Assembly: GCA_951406725.2 (NCBI GenBank)
Contig: OX597822.1
Span: 85,188,001 to 85,252,000, forward strand
Origin: Octopus vulgaris
Taxonomy: Eukaryota
Direction: 5' to 3'
Length of the DNA stretch: 64,000 bases
Shown here: piece by piece, positions 1-11,091 of the stretch
Position numbering within the stretch: the stretch's first letter is position 1
Layout of the letters: each line of letters begins with the position of its first letter
The notes under the pieces: model-generated
Told to the model about the DNA's origin: nothing
Databases searched by the model: none
Seen by the model: the letters and a program-made list of their open reading frames with translations, nothing else
Program-made: the position numbers and the translations under genes

Positions 1-561
1 TTTCCGAGCGAATACAAAGTCAATCATGTGACCTTGCACTGATCTTGAGTGAATCCAGGTAACTTTATGCTTCAACTTATGATGAAAGGAAGTATTCCCA
101 ACAACCAACCTTAGCTCAGAGCACATTTGTAGCAGATGCAACTCATTGTTGTTCACCTTTCCCATTCCGTAACGCCCAAGTACATTCCAAGCACCATAGT
201 CTCTACCAACACGTGCATTAAAGTCACCAAGCACAACCAACTTCTCATTCAAAGAGACTGACAGAATACTTCTTCTCAGATCCTCATGAAATGCGTGGGT
301 ATTTTCTTCGCTAGTTTTAAGTGTAGCTTATATAAAGAAAACATTTACAAAACGTCTACTAGAAAGTGGGATCCGGAGTTCCATCATGCGTTTGTTTATG
401 CTTTGTGGTAATTCTAGGACTTTTAGCGAATCACTTCTATTTGTAAACCAAACACCACCTTCTCTTTTTCTCCTTTCGGTTTCCCAACCCAGAATAATGT
501 GAAACCTGTGGCCCTTTCGACAAGATGATCTTCATCTGAACATTTTGCTTCAGAAAGAGTA

Positions 562-677
562 GGAGTGGCTGTGTGGTAAGTAGCTTGCTTACGAACCACA
601 TGGTTCCGGGGTCTTCTACTATAGCCTTGTGAGTGGATTTGGTAGATGGAAACTGAAAGAAGCCCGTCGTATATATG

Positions 678-741
<64 letters not shown>

Positions 742-1752
742 AAAACTTTATATATAAAGAACGTGAAATTCACGAATTGACGAACACAGAAAACAGACAG
801 TCATTCAGAGCCTTCATTCTTCAGTCAGAAACCGATTCATCATGGCAAATTTCGGCTGTTTAATTCTGAGATTTGCTCCAAAACGGCTAGCCCCAAGGAA
901 AAGCTAAGCTATGGGCATTAGATTTCCTTGGTAGAAGGAAAGAATGTGACAACAGAGACGAATAGGAAAACAAGAGACGAAGATAAAATTGGAAACAGTA
1001 ACGAATAACGACAAAATGGGACAAAAACAATTGATCAGCAAGCGTGGGAAGTGGTTACCTTTTCGGTAGAGATGACACGTGTAGTACAGGCGGCTGTCAC
1101 CAATGGAATGGCTTAGTAGCAGCAGGTTGCAAGAAGGTGAGAGAGAAAGAGAGACAGAGAGAGAGAGGGGATTAAGGAGGGCCGAGAACAGAAGCAATGA
1201 CCAAGAGAGAGAGAAAGAAAGAATTAAAGAGGATGGGAGGAAGAGGCGCCAAAATAACTTGGTAAAGAAGCGCCAAAATACCTTGGGGAAGAAGCAATGG
1301 CGAATGGGAAAGGGAAAGTTAAAGTTAAAGAAGTCGTGCAATGGTGGAGATATGACAAACATAAATGGATTGGTGCACGTACGCTGCAATAATATAGAAT
1401 AAAACTTTATATATAAAGAACGTGAAATTCACGAATTGACGAACACGGAAAACAGACAGTCATTCAGAGTCTTCATTCTTCAGTCAGAAACCGATTCATC
1501 ATGGCAAATTTCGGCTGTTTAATTCTGAATGTGTATATGTTGTGTGTCTGTGTTTGTCCCCCCAACATCGCTTGACAACCGATGCTGGTGTGTTTACGTC
1601 CCCGTAACTTAGCGGTTCGGCAAAAGAGCCGATAGAATAAGTACATGGCTTACAAAGAATAAGTCCTGGGGTCGATTTGCTCGACTAAAAAAGTGGTGCT
1701 CCAGCATGGCCACAGTCAAATGACTGAAGCAAGTAAAAGAGTAAAAGAGAGA
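562..1752 (+). mobile_element. tRNA-derived SINE family A, with a direct-repeat element nested in its central microsatellite
   Basis: Head GGAGTGGCTGTGTGGTAAG...GGTTCCGGG (562-670) and tail ...CGCTTGACAACCGATGCTGG...CAGCATGGCCACAGTCAAATGACTGAAGCAAGTAAAAGAGTAAAAG (1545-1750) match the full copy at 54358-54790. Confidence 0.9.
733..1528 (-). mobile_element. Small element with 137-bp terminal direct repeats (733-869, 1392-1528), inserted in (TA)n; probably Penelope-derived
   Basis: Near-identical repeats ATATAGAATAAAAC...TTTAATTCTGA lie 659 bp apart. A diverged relative is on the + strand at ~62705-62930. Confidence 0.75.
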
Positions 1753-2810
1753 GTAACATCAACATTAAGAGGCCTTAGCTCTTTAGTTACAAAAGCTGTT
1801 CTTCTTTCAGGCCTATCTGCTTGACCTAAAAGAGTTCTCATATCATTGTTTAATTCAATTCTTTGTTCATTTCTGCTAAATTGAAATACCGTTAGCCGCA
1901 GTAAACTAACCAACAAAGAAAAAACAGACAATTTTTCGTGCATCTCTTCTAGCTCCTTCCCAGTGTATCCAGGTGAGGAGTGTTCTCCTTAAAAGGGTTG
2001 CTCAGACACACCGAAAACAGTTCCTGTCCATGAAAACATGTTACTGATGTTAAGATAAGAACCCTGCCGCCTTATTTGCAGATTTGTAACTGTGCTTCCA
2101 ACCGGTCAAGTCTGCATACGTCACGACGACTCTATCGCCATAGGACTTTTGAAGTGATGATTGTACGATAATGTTGGTTTGCCGAGGACAACTGTACTTC
2201 ATTGGATTTTAGTGACAAACGCTTGTACAACCCTTTTGGCACACTCTGGGTCAAAATAGTAGATTTCAGGGACAAGCAAAGCAAGATGACTAGTACTAAG
2301 GTGACTGCAGGTTTTATATCAGAGTACCTTCTCATAGGCTTTTCCTCAAATGGAGACTGCAATCAGCAGTGGTAAGTCAATTTGAATTCAGAGTTTTATT
2401 CTCCTATATTGGTTGTCTTAATCACAGCTTTGTTTCAAAACAGGAGCCCAATCTAACCCCATCAAACAGCCATGGTTTTGATAGTGCAGCTGATTAAGGG
2501 GACTGTCCTTAACATGACCTGGTTTATGTCAGAGTGTCCTTCTCTTAGAAGAGTTGCCTTCACCACGGATAACGAGCCCCATCTACCCCCGCCCACACAC
2601 ACAGAAACAACATATACATATGTACACATAAAATGAAAAAAGATATAAAATTAAAAATTTTTCTACAATTTAATATCTTTTAAATTAAAAAAAAATTAAA
2701 TTTCAAATTAAGAATATAAGTAAAAATAAAAATAAATATATATAAAATATACATACATACATACATACATACATACATGTGTGTGTGTGTGTGTGTGTGT
2801 GTATGTATAG

Positions 2811-3094
2811 TGGAGGCGCAATGGCCCAGGTGGTTAGGGCAGCGGACTCGCGGTCGGAGGATCGCGGTTTCATTGTTCGTGTTTATTGAGCGAAAACATT
2901 TAAAAGCTCCACGATGCTCCACAAGGGGGTTGTGGCGACTCCTCTGGTACTCTTTCGCCACAACTTTTTCTCACTCTCTTTTCCTGTTTCTTGAGTAACG
3001 CTGCGATGGACTGGCGTCCCGTCCAGCTAGGGGGAACACATACGGCACAGAAACCGGGAAAACGGGCCCATGAGCCTGGATAGGCTTGAAAAGG

Positions 3095-3100
<6 letters not shown>
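2811..3100 (+). mobile_element. tRNA-derived SINE family B
   Basis: Head GGAGGCGCAATGGCCCAGGTGGTTAGGGCAGCGGACTCGCGGTCGG is shared with copies at 5883-6178 (-) and 10729-11035 (+). Confidence 0.85.
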
Positions 3101-3148
<48 letters not shown>

Positions 3149-3196
3149 AAACAAGTCAAAATAGAAAATGCTAAAATAATTTTATAATGAACATTT

Positions 3197-3234
3197 CAGT
3201 ACCGGTTTCGGTCATTTTGAGACCTTTTCAACTG
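3197..3234 (-). ncRNA. Minimal type I hammerhead-like motif with variant core (UUGAAAA)
   Basis: Minus strand reads CAG-TTGAAAA-GGTC-tcaaaat-GACC-GAA-ACCGGT-A-CTG: helix I CAG/CTG, helix II GGTC/GACC, palindromic helix III. Confidence 0.55.
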
Positions 3235-3367
3235 TAACGATTAAATAATTAAATTTAGAAAAATTAAAAGAAAAGTTCTTTTAAAGGAATATTTGTATAG
3301 TGTTCAAATATAAGTGGCATTCTGCCTTTCTCTGTCTCCCTTGTTTGCACTTGTGTGTTCGAGGCCG

Positions 3368-3428
<61 letters not shown>

Positions 3429-3474
3429 CATACACATATATACATACATACACATTTATATATATATATTTCTA

Positions 3475-3930
3475 TCTGTCACATAGTTTCCTTCCGACAT
3501 AAGAACAACAAAGCTACTAAGTTGGCTCGCCACGTATGGAGTTTGAAAGTTAACGAAACACCGCATATGATTAAGTGGGAAATAATTGAGAAATCCACAC
3601 CTTATGCTAATGGGTCTAAGGAAGATAACTCTTTTACATTTTTAAAAAACTTTTTTACATTTTAGTTTTTAGTTTTTCGCTTTCCGCTTTTCGTTTTCCG
3701 TTTTTTTAACCTTCTGCGTTTTCTATATACTGCCTTCTCAGCTTTTTGCGTTCCGTCTCTTATTCCTTTTTTTTTTTTAGTTCGTTATGATACGCGGTTT
3801 GTGCCTGAAGAACATGTTTGAGATATTTCTCAACATTTGAAACCATTAGTATCACTTAAAGATTTGTATTCTTTTCATCTCTCACTTGAGTACAGTTTTG
3901 TCGATCTTTCTATCTTGGAATAGTACATTA
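3475..3930 (+). mobile_element. Penelope-like element 3' fragment (GIY-YIG C-terminal part and pLTR with hammerhead at 3801-3855)
   Basis: Translation HIVSFRHKNNKATKLARHVWSLKVNETPHMIKWEIIEKSTPY matches the PLE endonuclease tail (H..SF...T.L..H.W.LK.....I.W.I). Downstream: CTGAAGA-[ACATGTTTGAGA tatt TCTCAACATTT]-GAAAC-catta-GTA. Flanked by (TA)n. Confidence 0.8.
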
Positions 3931-3932
3931 TA

Positions 3933-4001
<69 letters not shown>

Positions 4002-4053
4002 GTCTGTTATCAATTAATATGAAAATTATGTATTCATGGGAAACCACTATAAC

Positions 4054-4139
4054 TTGGCTGATGATTGCTCAACATTTAAAAATTGTTGTAATATTTACAA
4101 TATCTAATAAAATGATGTAGCGTAAAACGATCGTACCAA
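4054..4139 (+). ncRNA. Degenerate type I hammerhead in a short (TA)n-flanked element (~3997-4172)
   Basis: TTGG-CTGATGA-TTGCT...AGCGT-AAA-ACGATCGT-A-CCAA: helix I TTGG/CCAA, palindromic helix III, G12 changed to A. Confidence 0.6.
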
Positions 4140-4170
4140 ATTACCGGAGATATTCTTGTTGCTTATTTTG

Positions 4171-4217
<47 letters not shown>

Positions 4218-4795
4218 TTACACTCAAGGTGCCAAGCAATGGAACTGAACCGGGAACCATGTGGTTGGGAAGCAAGCTTCTTACCACGTTGCCATACCTG
4301 CGCATATGTGCATGTATGTATGTATGTATGTATGTATGTATGTATGTATGTATGTATGTATGTATGTATGTATGTATTTGGTGTTCTCAAAAATATAACT
4401 CATTTTCTTTTCTTTTTAGATTTCGCCCATTAGAAATAAGGAAAGGATGCAGACAAGGCTTGAAAGTTTGGAACTGCAGCAGGAGAGCAATTCCGGTTTG
4501 GGAGGGGATTCCCAAGAATTCGACCTGCGACTCACAGTTACTCGGAACTGTTCAGAATATCCACAAAACCGTTCTGGAAGACTGCGAACATCAATGAAAA
4601 GTACAACCGGTGTTCAAGGAGATCTGGGAATAAAGCGATTCATGAAATAAAAGTTCCAAAATCAAGGGTCCATTGCATTTTGAAGCGCTGTAAATGTTCC
4701 ATGCTCTCAATGAAGAGAATCCACTGTGAAGAGGGAAGTTTTGCCACTGACTTTTGGCAAGACATGTGTCTAATCTTTCTCGGCTGTTTTTACGG

Positions 4796-5130
4796 CTATA
4801 CTGCAGTTCAAATTAACCTTTTTGTCCGTAACATAAACATGTAACATGTGTGTGTGTGTGCGTGTGTGTGTTTATGTATGTGTGTGTTTGTGTGTGTTTG
4901 TGTGTGTGCTTGGGTGTATTTGTGTGTGTGTGTGTGGTTGTGTGGTTGTGTGTGTGTGTGCGTGTTTGTGTGTGCTTGTGTGTGTTTGTGTGTGTTTATG
5001 TGTGTGTGTGTGTGTGTATGTTTATGTGTGTTTGTGTGTGTGTTTGTGTGTGTGTTTATGTGTGTGTGTGTGTAACACATGTTTCATATATATGTTACAG
5101 ACAAAAAGGTAAATTCGAACTGCAGTATAG
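4796..5130. repeat. ~55-bp inverted repeats flanking an imperfect (GT)n tract
   Basis: CTATACTGCAGTTCAAATTAACCTTTTTGTCCGTAACATA (from 4796) is the reverse complement, with few mismatches, of TATGTTACAGACAAAAAGGTAAATTCGAACTGCAGTATAG (to 5130). Confidence 0.8.
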
Positions 5131-5162
5131 GTCTTACACACATACACACACACAAACACATG

Positions 5163-5201
<39 letters not shown>

Positions 5202-5232
5202 ATGTGTCTGTGTTTGTGTGTGTGAGAGACCT

Positions 5233-6242
5233 TTAGGTTAAAATATGTTTGTGACATTTTATCTTTTAACTCTAAAGGCAAACTCATTGCAGTTACCGCG
5301 GATAAAAAAATTCTCTCTTATAGTAAAAAGTATAAAAATACTACATTTACCCAGTGCTTCCCTCTATCGGATTCCCAGACGGCTATTTCCGGCTCCCTAT
5401 CCTAACTCAATGGGACATACCGAAGGGAGATATCAATGAGACATACCGAAGGGAGATAACAATGGGCATATTCAAAGCCGTAACTTTAACTAAAAAAACA
5501 GTCAACGTCAGTGACAGATTAGCGCCATTTGTCCGCCTGGTTCGGAGAACTATTACATCATCAACCCTAATACGCCACAAACCTATTTTAACTAACCTAA
5601 AATGCGTTTATTCTTAATCACTACTTGGCGCTGATAGTAATATATTTATCTCGACCAGGAGTCAAATAGCGCAACTCAGTCACTAATGTTGAATGCTTTT
5701 TTTTTTTTTTTTTTAGTTAATATGCTTTGAATATGCCCAGGGTTATTTCTCTTTAGCATTCTCCATTGATGGAGGCTAAAGAGCCAGAAACGGCCACCTG
5801 GGAATCAGATGGAGGAAAGCAGTGGGCAGATGTGGTGCTTTTATACCTTTTACCATTAGAGAGAGTTTTTCTCCGCGGTAACAGTTTTTTTTTTCTCGAG
5901 CTATGCCTGGCTCATAAGAGCTGGTTTCCCGGTTTCCTTGGCGTATAAGTTCCCCACCTGGACGGGACGCCGGCCCGTCGCAGATGAGCTGCAAGATGCA
6001 GGAGGAAAGAGAGAAAGTTGTGGTGAAAGTGTCAGCAGAAGTTCGCCATTATCTTCTGCCGGAATGCGTGGAGCTTAGGTGTTTCGCTCATAAACACACA
6101 CATCGCCCGGTCTGAGATTCGAACCCGCGATCCCTCGACCGCGAGTCCGCTGCTCTAACCACTAGGCCATGTGCCTCCGCGGTAACTGCAGTGAATTTGA
6201 CTTTAGATGTTATAATATGTCACAGATATATTCTAACTAACC
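5233..6242. mobile_element. Non-autonomous DNA transposon (MITE) with ~125-bp diverged TIRs; right TIR split by a SINE
   Basis: Left arm ...GTGACA...TCTAAAGGCAAACTCATTGCAGTTACCGCGGA..TTCTCTCT...CCCAGTGCTT mirrors AAGCAGTGGG...AGAGAG..TCCGCGGTAAC (5817-5882) plus TGCAGTGAATTTGACTTTAGA...TGTCAC (6187-6240). Confidence 0.75.
5883..6178 (-). mobile_element. SINE family B with A-rich tail and target-site duplication
   Basis: A-box TGGCCTAGTGG and B-box GGTTCGAATCT on the minus strand. CTCCGCGGTAAC is duplicated at 5871-5882 and 6175-6186. Confidence 0.9.
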
Positions 6243-6288
6243 AAAAGTTAGTTTATTCGGCTTTGATTCTGTTTTGTGTGCGTGTGTA

Positions 6289-6345
<57 letters not shown>

Positions 6346-6348
<3 letters not shown>

Positions 6349-9084
6349 GGTTGTGACGTTTTAATTTTTTGGGAAGCAAACAATTTCCTGTGTCAAAAGT
6401 CGATGAACAATTTCATATAAATTGGGAAAATAACCTTTATTTTAAGTTTTTTAAAAACAACGTCATCCCTAACGGAAGAAATCTAACATCAGTTTTGACC
6501 CAAACCATGCAAAATTCTAGCGGGGTAGCGGGATTCATAATGCCTTCTCAGGTTTTTACCAAATTTGGTGTGCTGACTTAATGCAATGCAGAAGCAGTAT
6601 ATCTCAAATTTCAGCTTTCAAAATTAAGTAGTTTTGGAGTTATAGAGTTTTTCTCATTTGTTACCACTTATGCCCTACTTTAAGAAATATCCTCTTCCTC
6701 TCCTTTTTATTTCTGTGACGCTAAAAATTCTGACTACATTAACTGTTTTTCAGAATAGTAGGCTTATCCAATTAGAATATCTAAAATAACGTCTCATAAG
6801 AGAAGTGCTTATGTGACTGAAAGAAACAAAGAAAATCTGGACGAAGAATCTCGTGTAATTTCAAGAGTCACATAGGAAAAGAAGATCTGTTCCTCTAGAA
6901 GAGTATTCTTAGGAAAACAACTGCAGGATACCAATGAAACTTCAAATTGTCGGTTGCTATTTGTTCCTTGGAGGTACCATCAGAGGGAAGAAAGAAAAAA
7001 CAAAGGAAATTTCGAAAGAAGTAACTCTCTTATGGCAAAAGAAATCAAGTTTCTCATATTTATCAATTTAAAATCTACAAGCAAAAGTAGAAGTGCTGAA
7101 TACCTACGATAAATGTTTAAAACGAGGAAAATACGATTCATTGAAAGGAATTTTTGACATCACAAAGGAAAACGGTCAATGGCTATGCAGTGAGGATAGA
7201 AGACTATATTATCTTCAAATTGAAAGCAAGGGACGGGTTGGGTATGCAACTGGAAACGCAACCAGTTCCAAAACTTACCATCCATCCAAAAGAAGAAAAG
7301 TGTTCTTAATGCTAACTTCAACCAGAGCAACTCCAGTGTCATAGTCAACGACTGAAGCAGAGACTGAAAGTGAATATCAAGAGTCCGAAAAATCAGATGA
7401 AGAATCCACACAAAGAAGGAGGAGGTATAGCAAAACTGGAACTGCAACCAAGTTAGCAATACCTTCCAAGCTATCAACCCCAAAAAGCAGTAACAGTTTG
7501 TCGACAATTATTTCAAGATGGAATCAATGTCGAGACTCCTTCCTAATCTGGTATTTACATATCAACTATCAAAGAAGCTGTTAAACTAAAAAAGAAAATG
7601 GGGAAAACACTACATTTAGAAAACTGGTCCTTGCATTTTGTTGGTAAACGTATTGACGACCAAAAATACCAAGTGCTAGTTTTAAAGAATGAACAATGAG
7701 AAGTTAAGTTAGAAGCATTCCAATTACCAAACGGAAAAGCCGATGCTGTTGTGAAGGGAACTGTGTAAAGATGATTGTTGCTGACACAACGAGTGTGAAC
7801 ACTGGGAAAAGAAATGGCATTGTCATTCAGTTGCAGAAACTGTTTGCTCAAAAGGTTTTGAAAGAACCGCAAAATTTATTGGTTGTCAGCATTATATCGT
7901 TGATAGAGTTTTTCGTGTTGTAATTGATAACGAACTTGGAGGAAAAAGTCATTCCCAATATTGAGTATACATTTATCCCAGAGCTAAGTAAATACGAGAA
8001 ACTCCAGGTTAATTTCAACAATGGTGAAGAAAAGATTACTGAATCAGCAAGATGGCGAAGTGACATGAAATTTCTATTTCATTTGACCAGAGTTTCTTTG
8101 AAGAAACCGGCAAATTACCTACTTTCAAAAAATACCCAACTTAAGTAATGAAAGATGGAATTCTCAAGCAATACTAGCTCTTTTGGCATTTATTCTTCTA
8201 CCAGAGAAAAGAGTTTTGCTTCTCAAAGTTTGTCGATTTATCTCTTACAGCTGAGCAAATTTTTGTTTACTGAGGAAAGGTTCAAAGCACATGATTATTA
8301 GAAGTTATGTGGTAGTCTGCAAGTTCATAAAAAAACATTTGAACTCTGTAAACAAACTTTTGGGGTCGAGAACCATCAAAACTGGAAATTCCCAGAATAA
8401 ATCAGAGTCCAGAAGGGGCAATCAAGTTCCTTCAAGATCTTTATGATGTTTGTGAAAAGGAGAAACTTCAGTTTCGATTTATTTTATCTAACAAAACATT
8501 AATTTTTTATGTTTAAAAATTTGCTAATATTCAGCACCCTTTTTCTTATAGTTATTCAAAATTGGAATTGAGCCTATAAAATTAAAAATATGTATTGTTT
8601 TTAATTTTGTATGTTAACGAATGCTAGTAGTGGCCTCTGTCTGAAAATAGCCTAGTTTTGAACCTTTGCGTAGAGCAAATTCAATTCAGTAATCTTAAAA
8701 ATGTATAAATAGACTTTTATTCGACATCTCCCTTGCATTTAGAAGGATTTAGGCAGCGGAAATACTGAAGTGTGAATCTAGGGCCACCTGGTGATTATAG
8801 ATTTAAAAGCCCGTAACTCCGAAACTACTTCGACTAAAATTTCAGATATATTATTTCTGCATTGTATTGAGTCAGCACACCAAGTTCCGTAGAAACTTGA
8901 GCAGGCGTTATGAACCCCGTTAGAAATTTGCGTGATTTGGGTCAAGAGTGGTGATCGATTTCTTAATTTGGTGGGTGACGTTTTGTTTTTCAAATAAAGC
9001 AAAATAAATGTCAATTTCCTAATTTAATAAAATTATTCATCGAATTACAGTATAGGTTTATTGGGTTGTGAAAAAGTCATAACC

Positions 9085-9087
<3 letters not shown>
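6346..9087 (+). mobile_element. hAT-superfamily (hATm-like) DNA transposon with degenerate transposase, inserted in (TA)n
   Basis: TIRs TAGGGTTGTGAC (6346) and GTCATAACCCTA (9087). Broken reading frames ~6930-8500 contain LHF(D/V)GKRI, QVLVLKNE, IVADTTSVNTGKRNG and FIGCQH, which resemble the D..DTT.xNTG..CxHH signature of hATm-type transposases. Subfamily assignment is from recall. Confidence 0.75.
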
Positions 9088-9154
<67 letters not shown>

Positions 9155-9232
9155 TATATACATATATACATAGATGCATATGTAAAAATTGTGTGCATAC
9201 ATTTATGTTCATATGTCTACATTCTGTTATAC

Positions 9233-9293
<61 letters not shown>

Positions 9294-9312
9294 TGTATAT
9301 ATATATATATAT

Positions 9313-10160
9313 AACGGGAAGCTTTATGAAAATAAACAAAAGACGAAGGCAGGTGGAAAACAAACGAACAATTGTATTAGTATGGCGCTCAGGAAATATA
9401 AATAAAACAAGTCTTTAACGTTTCGAGCCTACGCTCTTCAACAGAAAGATACACAGAGAGAGAAAAACACAGAAAGAAGGAGAGAAAAAAATGCGTGCAG
9501 TAGCTAACGAATCAACATGGCGATCTGATTTCGGCCAGAGGTCAAAGATCAAACATGAGACGCGAGAGCGAAATAAGGGGAGATAATAGGGTTGATAAAT
9601 GGGTTGAGGGACCAGCTAAAAGTGCGTGGGAGGGGTCTGGATGTGTGTATGTATAGGGTTGGTGTATGTATTAGTATGTATAAGGGTGTGTGTGTGTGTG
9701 TGTGTGTGTATGAGTGAGTATTAGTGCGTAAGATTGGTCTGGACGTGCGTATGTATGGGGTTGGTGTATGTATTAGTATGTATTAGTATGTATTAGTACG
9801 TATTGGTATGTATAGGTGTGTGTGTGTGTGTGTGAGAGAGAGTATAAGTGCGTATGCGGGTCTGGACGTGTGTATGTATAGGGTTGGTGTAAGTATTAGT
9901 ATGTACTAGTATGTATTAGTACGTATTAGTATGTATTAGTTGGTGTGTGTATTAGTATGGCACATCATATGTGATGTGATGTGTAAAGTCATGTGGTGTA
10001 GTGAGGAGAAGAGGGGGAGGGGGAGAAGAGGGGGTGGAGAAGGGGAGGGGAAGAAGAGGGGGAGGAGAAGGGGAAGAGGAGACGATGGGGGAGAAGGAAG
10101 GTGAGGAGGGGGATGAAGGAGGAAAGAGGGAGAGGGGGAGAGAGAAGGGGAGAGAGGGAG
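9313..10160 (-). mobile_element. Non-autonomous PLE-derived repeat with hammerhead-like motif at 9413-9448
   Basis: Minus strand CTTT-CTGTTGA-A-GAGC-gtag-GCTC-GAAACGTT-AAAG. The surrounding sequence is homologous to 32530-32725 and 62964-63661. Both sides are (TA)n. Confidence 0.7.
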
Positions 10161-10191
10161 TATATATATATATATATGTATATATATATAC

Positions 10192-10278
<87 letters not shown>

Positions 10279-10394
10279 AATATACATGTATACAGGCAGA
10301 CAGACATTTATACGTGTGTGTCTATTTGTCTGTCTCTATGTATGTATATATGTATGTGTATATATATATCTATATATATATATGTATGTTTAAC

Positions 10395-10578
10395 ATCATC
10401 ATCATCATCATTTAGCGTCCGCTTTCCATGCTAGCATGGGTTGGACGGTTCAACTGGGGTCTGGGAAGCTAGAAGGCTGCACCAAGCCCAGTCTGATCTG
10501 GCAAAGTTTCTACGGCTGGATGCCCTTCCTAACGCCAACCACTCCGTGAGTGTAGTGGGTGCTTTTTACGTGCCACAT
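10395..10578 (-). mobile_element. 3' fragment of repeat family E with (ATG)n tail (RTE-type tail, SINE or LINE end)
   Basis: CATCATCATTTAGCGTCCGCTTTCCATGCTAGCATGGGTTGGAC... is repeated at 46826-47135. Confidence 0.7.
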
Positions 10579-10618
10579 TTATATATGCACACACACACAC
10601 ACACACACACATATATAC

Positions 10619-10680
<62 letters not shown>

Positions 10681-10728
10681 ATATATATATATACATACAT
10701 TTATATATATACATTTATATATATATAT

Positions 10729-11035
10729 GGAGGTGCAATGGCCCAGTGGTTAGGGCAGCGGACTCGCGGTCGTAGGATCGCGGTCGTAGGATCGCGGTTT
10801 CGATTCCCAGACCGGGTGTTGTGTGTGTTTATTGAGCGAAAACACCTAAAAGCTCCGGCAGGGGTGGTGATCCTTGCTGTACTCTTTCACCACTCTTTCT
10901 CTCACTCTTTCTTCTGTTGGCCTGCTCGCAAAGCCAGCGGGATGGCGTCATTCGAAGGCTAAAACAATGCGAACGTATTGTGACCAGCGATGTGTAGCAA
11001 CATCTGATGGTCTGGTCGGTCATGTGATCATGTGA
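10729..11035 (+). mobile_element. SINE family B (alternative 3' tail)
   Basis: Same tRNA-like head as 2811 and 6178, with an internal 13-bp duplication CGCGGTCGTAGGA; the 3' half differs. Confidence 0.85.
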
Positions 11036-11091
11036 TATATAGATTTATACATACATTTATATACATACATACATATATATACATACATATA

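Larger units (their letters stand above)
1..2590 (-). mobile_element. Degenerate RTE-clade LINE: 5' region and AP-endonuclease domain, split by a SINE insertion at ~562-1752; continues beyond the left edge
   Basis: Minus-strand translation gives MRTLLGQADRPERRTAFVTKELRPLNVDV (~1755-1842). It resumes after the SINE as LSEAKCSDEDHLVE..GFTLFWVGKPKGEK...KLVVLGDFNARVG...HKVTWIH..GHMIDFVF (560 to 1). This matches the RTE APE pattern (RTLL..RPERRTA...LSETR; GDFNARVG; TW.H; ID), with stops and frameshifts. The 5' boundary is approximate. Confidence 0.85.

Noticed and set aside
4420-4795. Unique segment after an acceptor-like TTTTTAG, with some Cys residues (possible exon or piggyBac C-terminus)
   Set aside because: All frames contain stops, no convincing motif spacing or donor was found, and it could not be assigned.
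6095-6178. tRNA-like sequences with A and B boxes here and at other SINE heads
   Set aside because: They continue into SINE bodies and tails and do not form a complete cloverleaf, so they are not tRNA genes.
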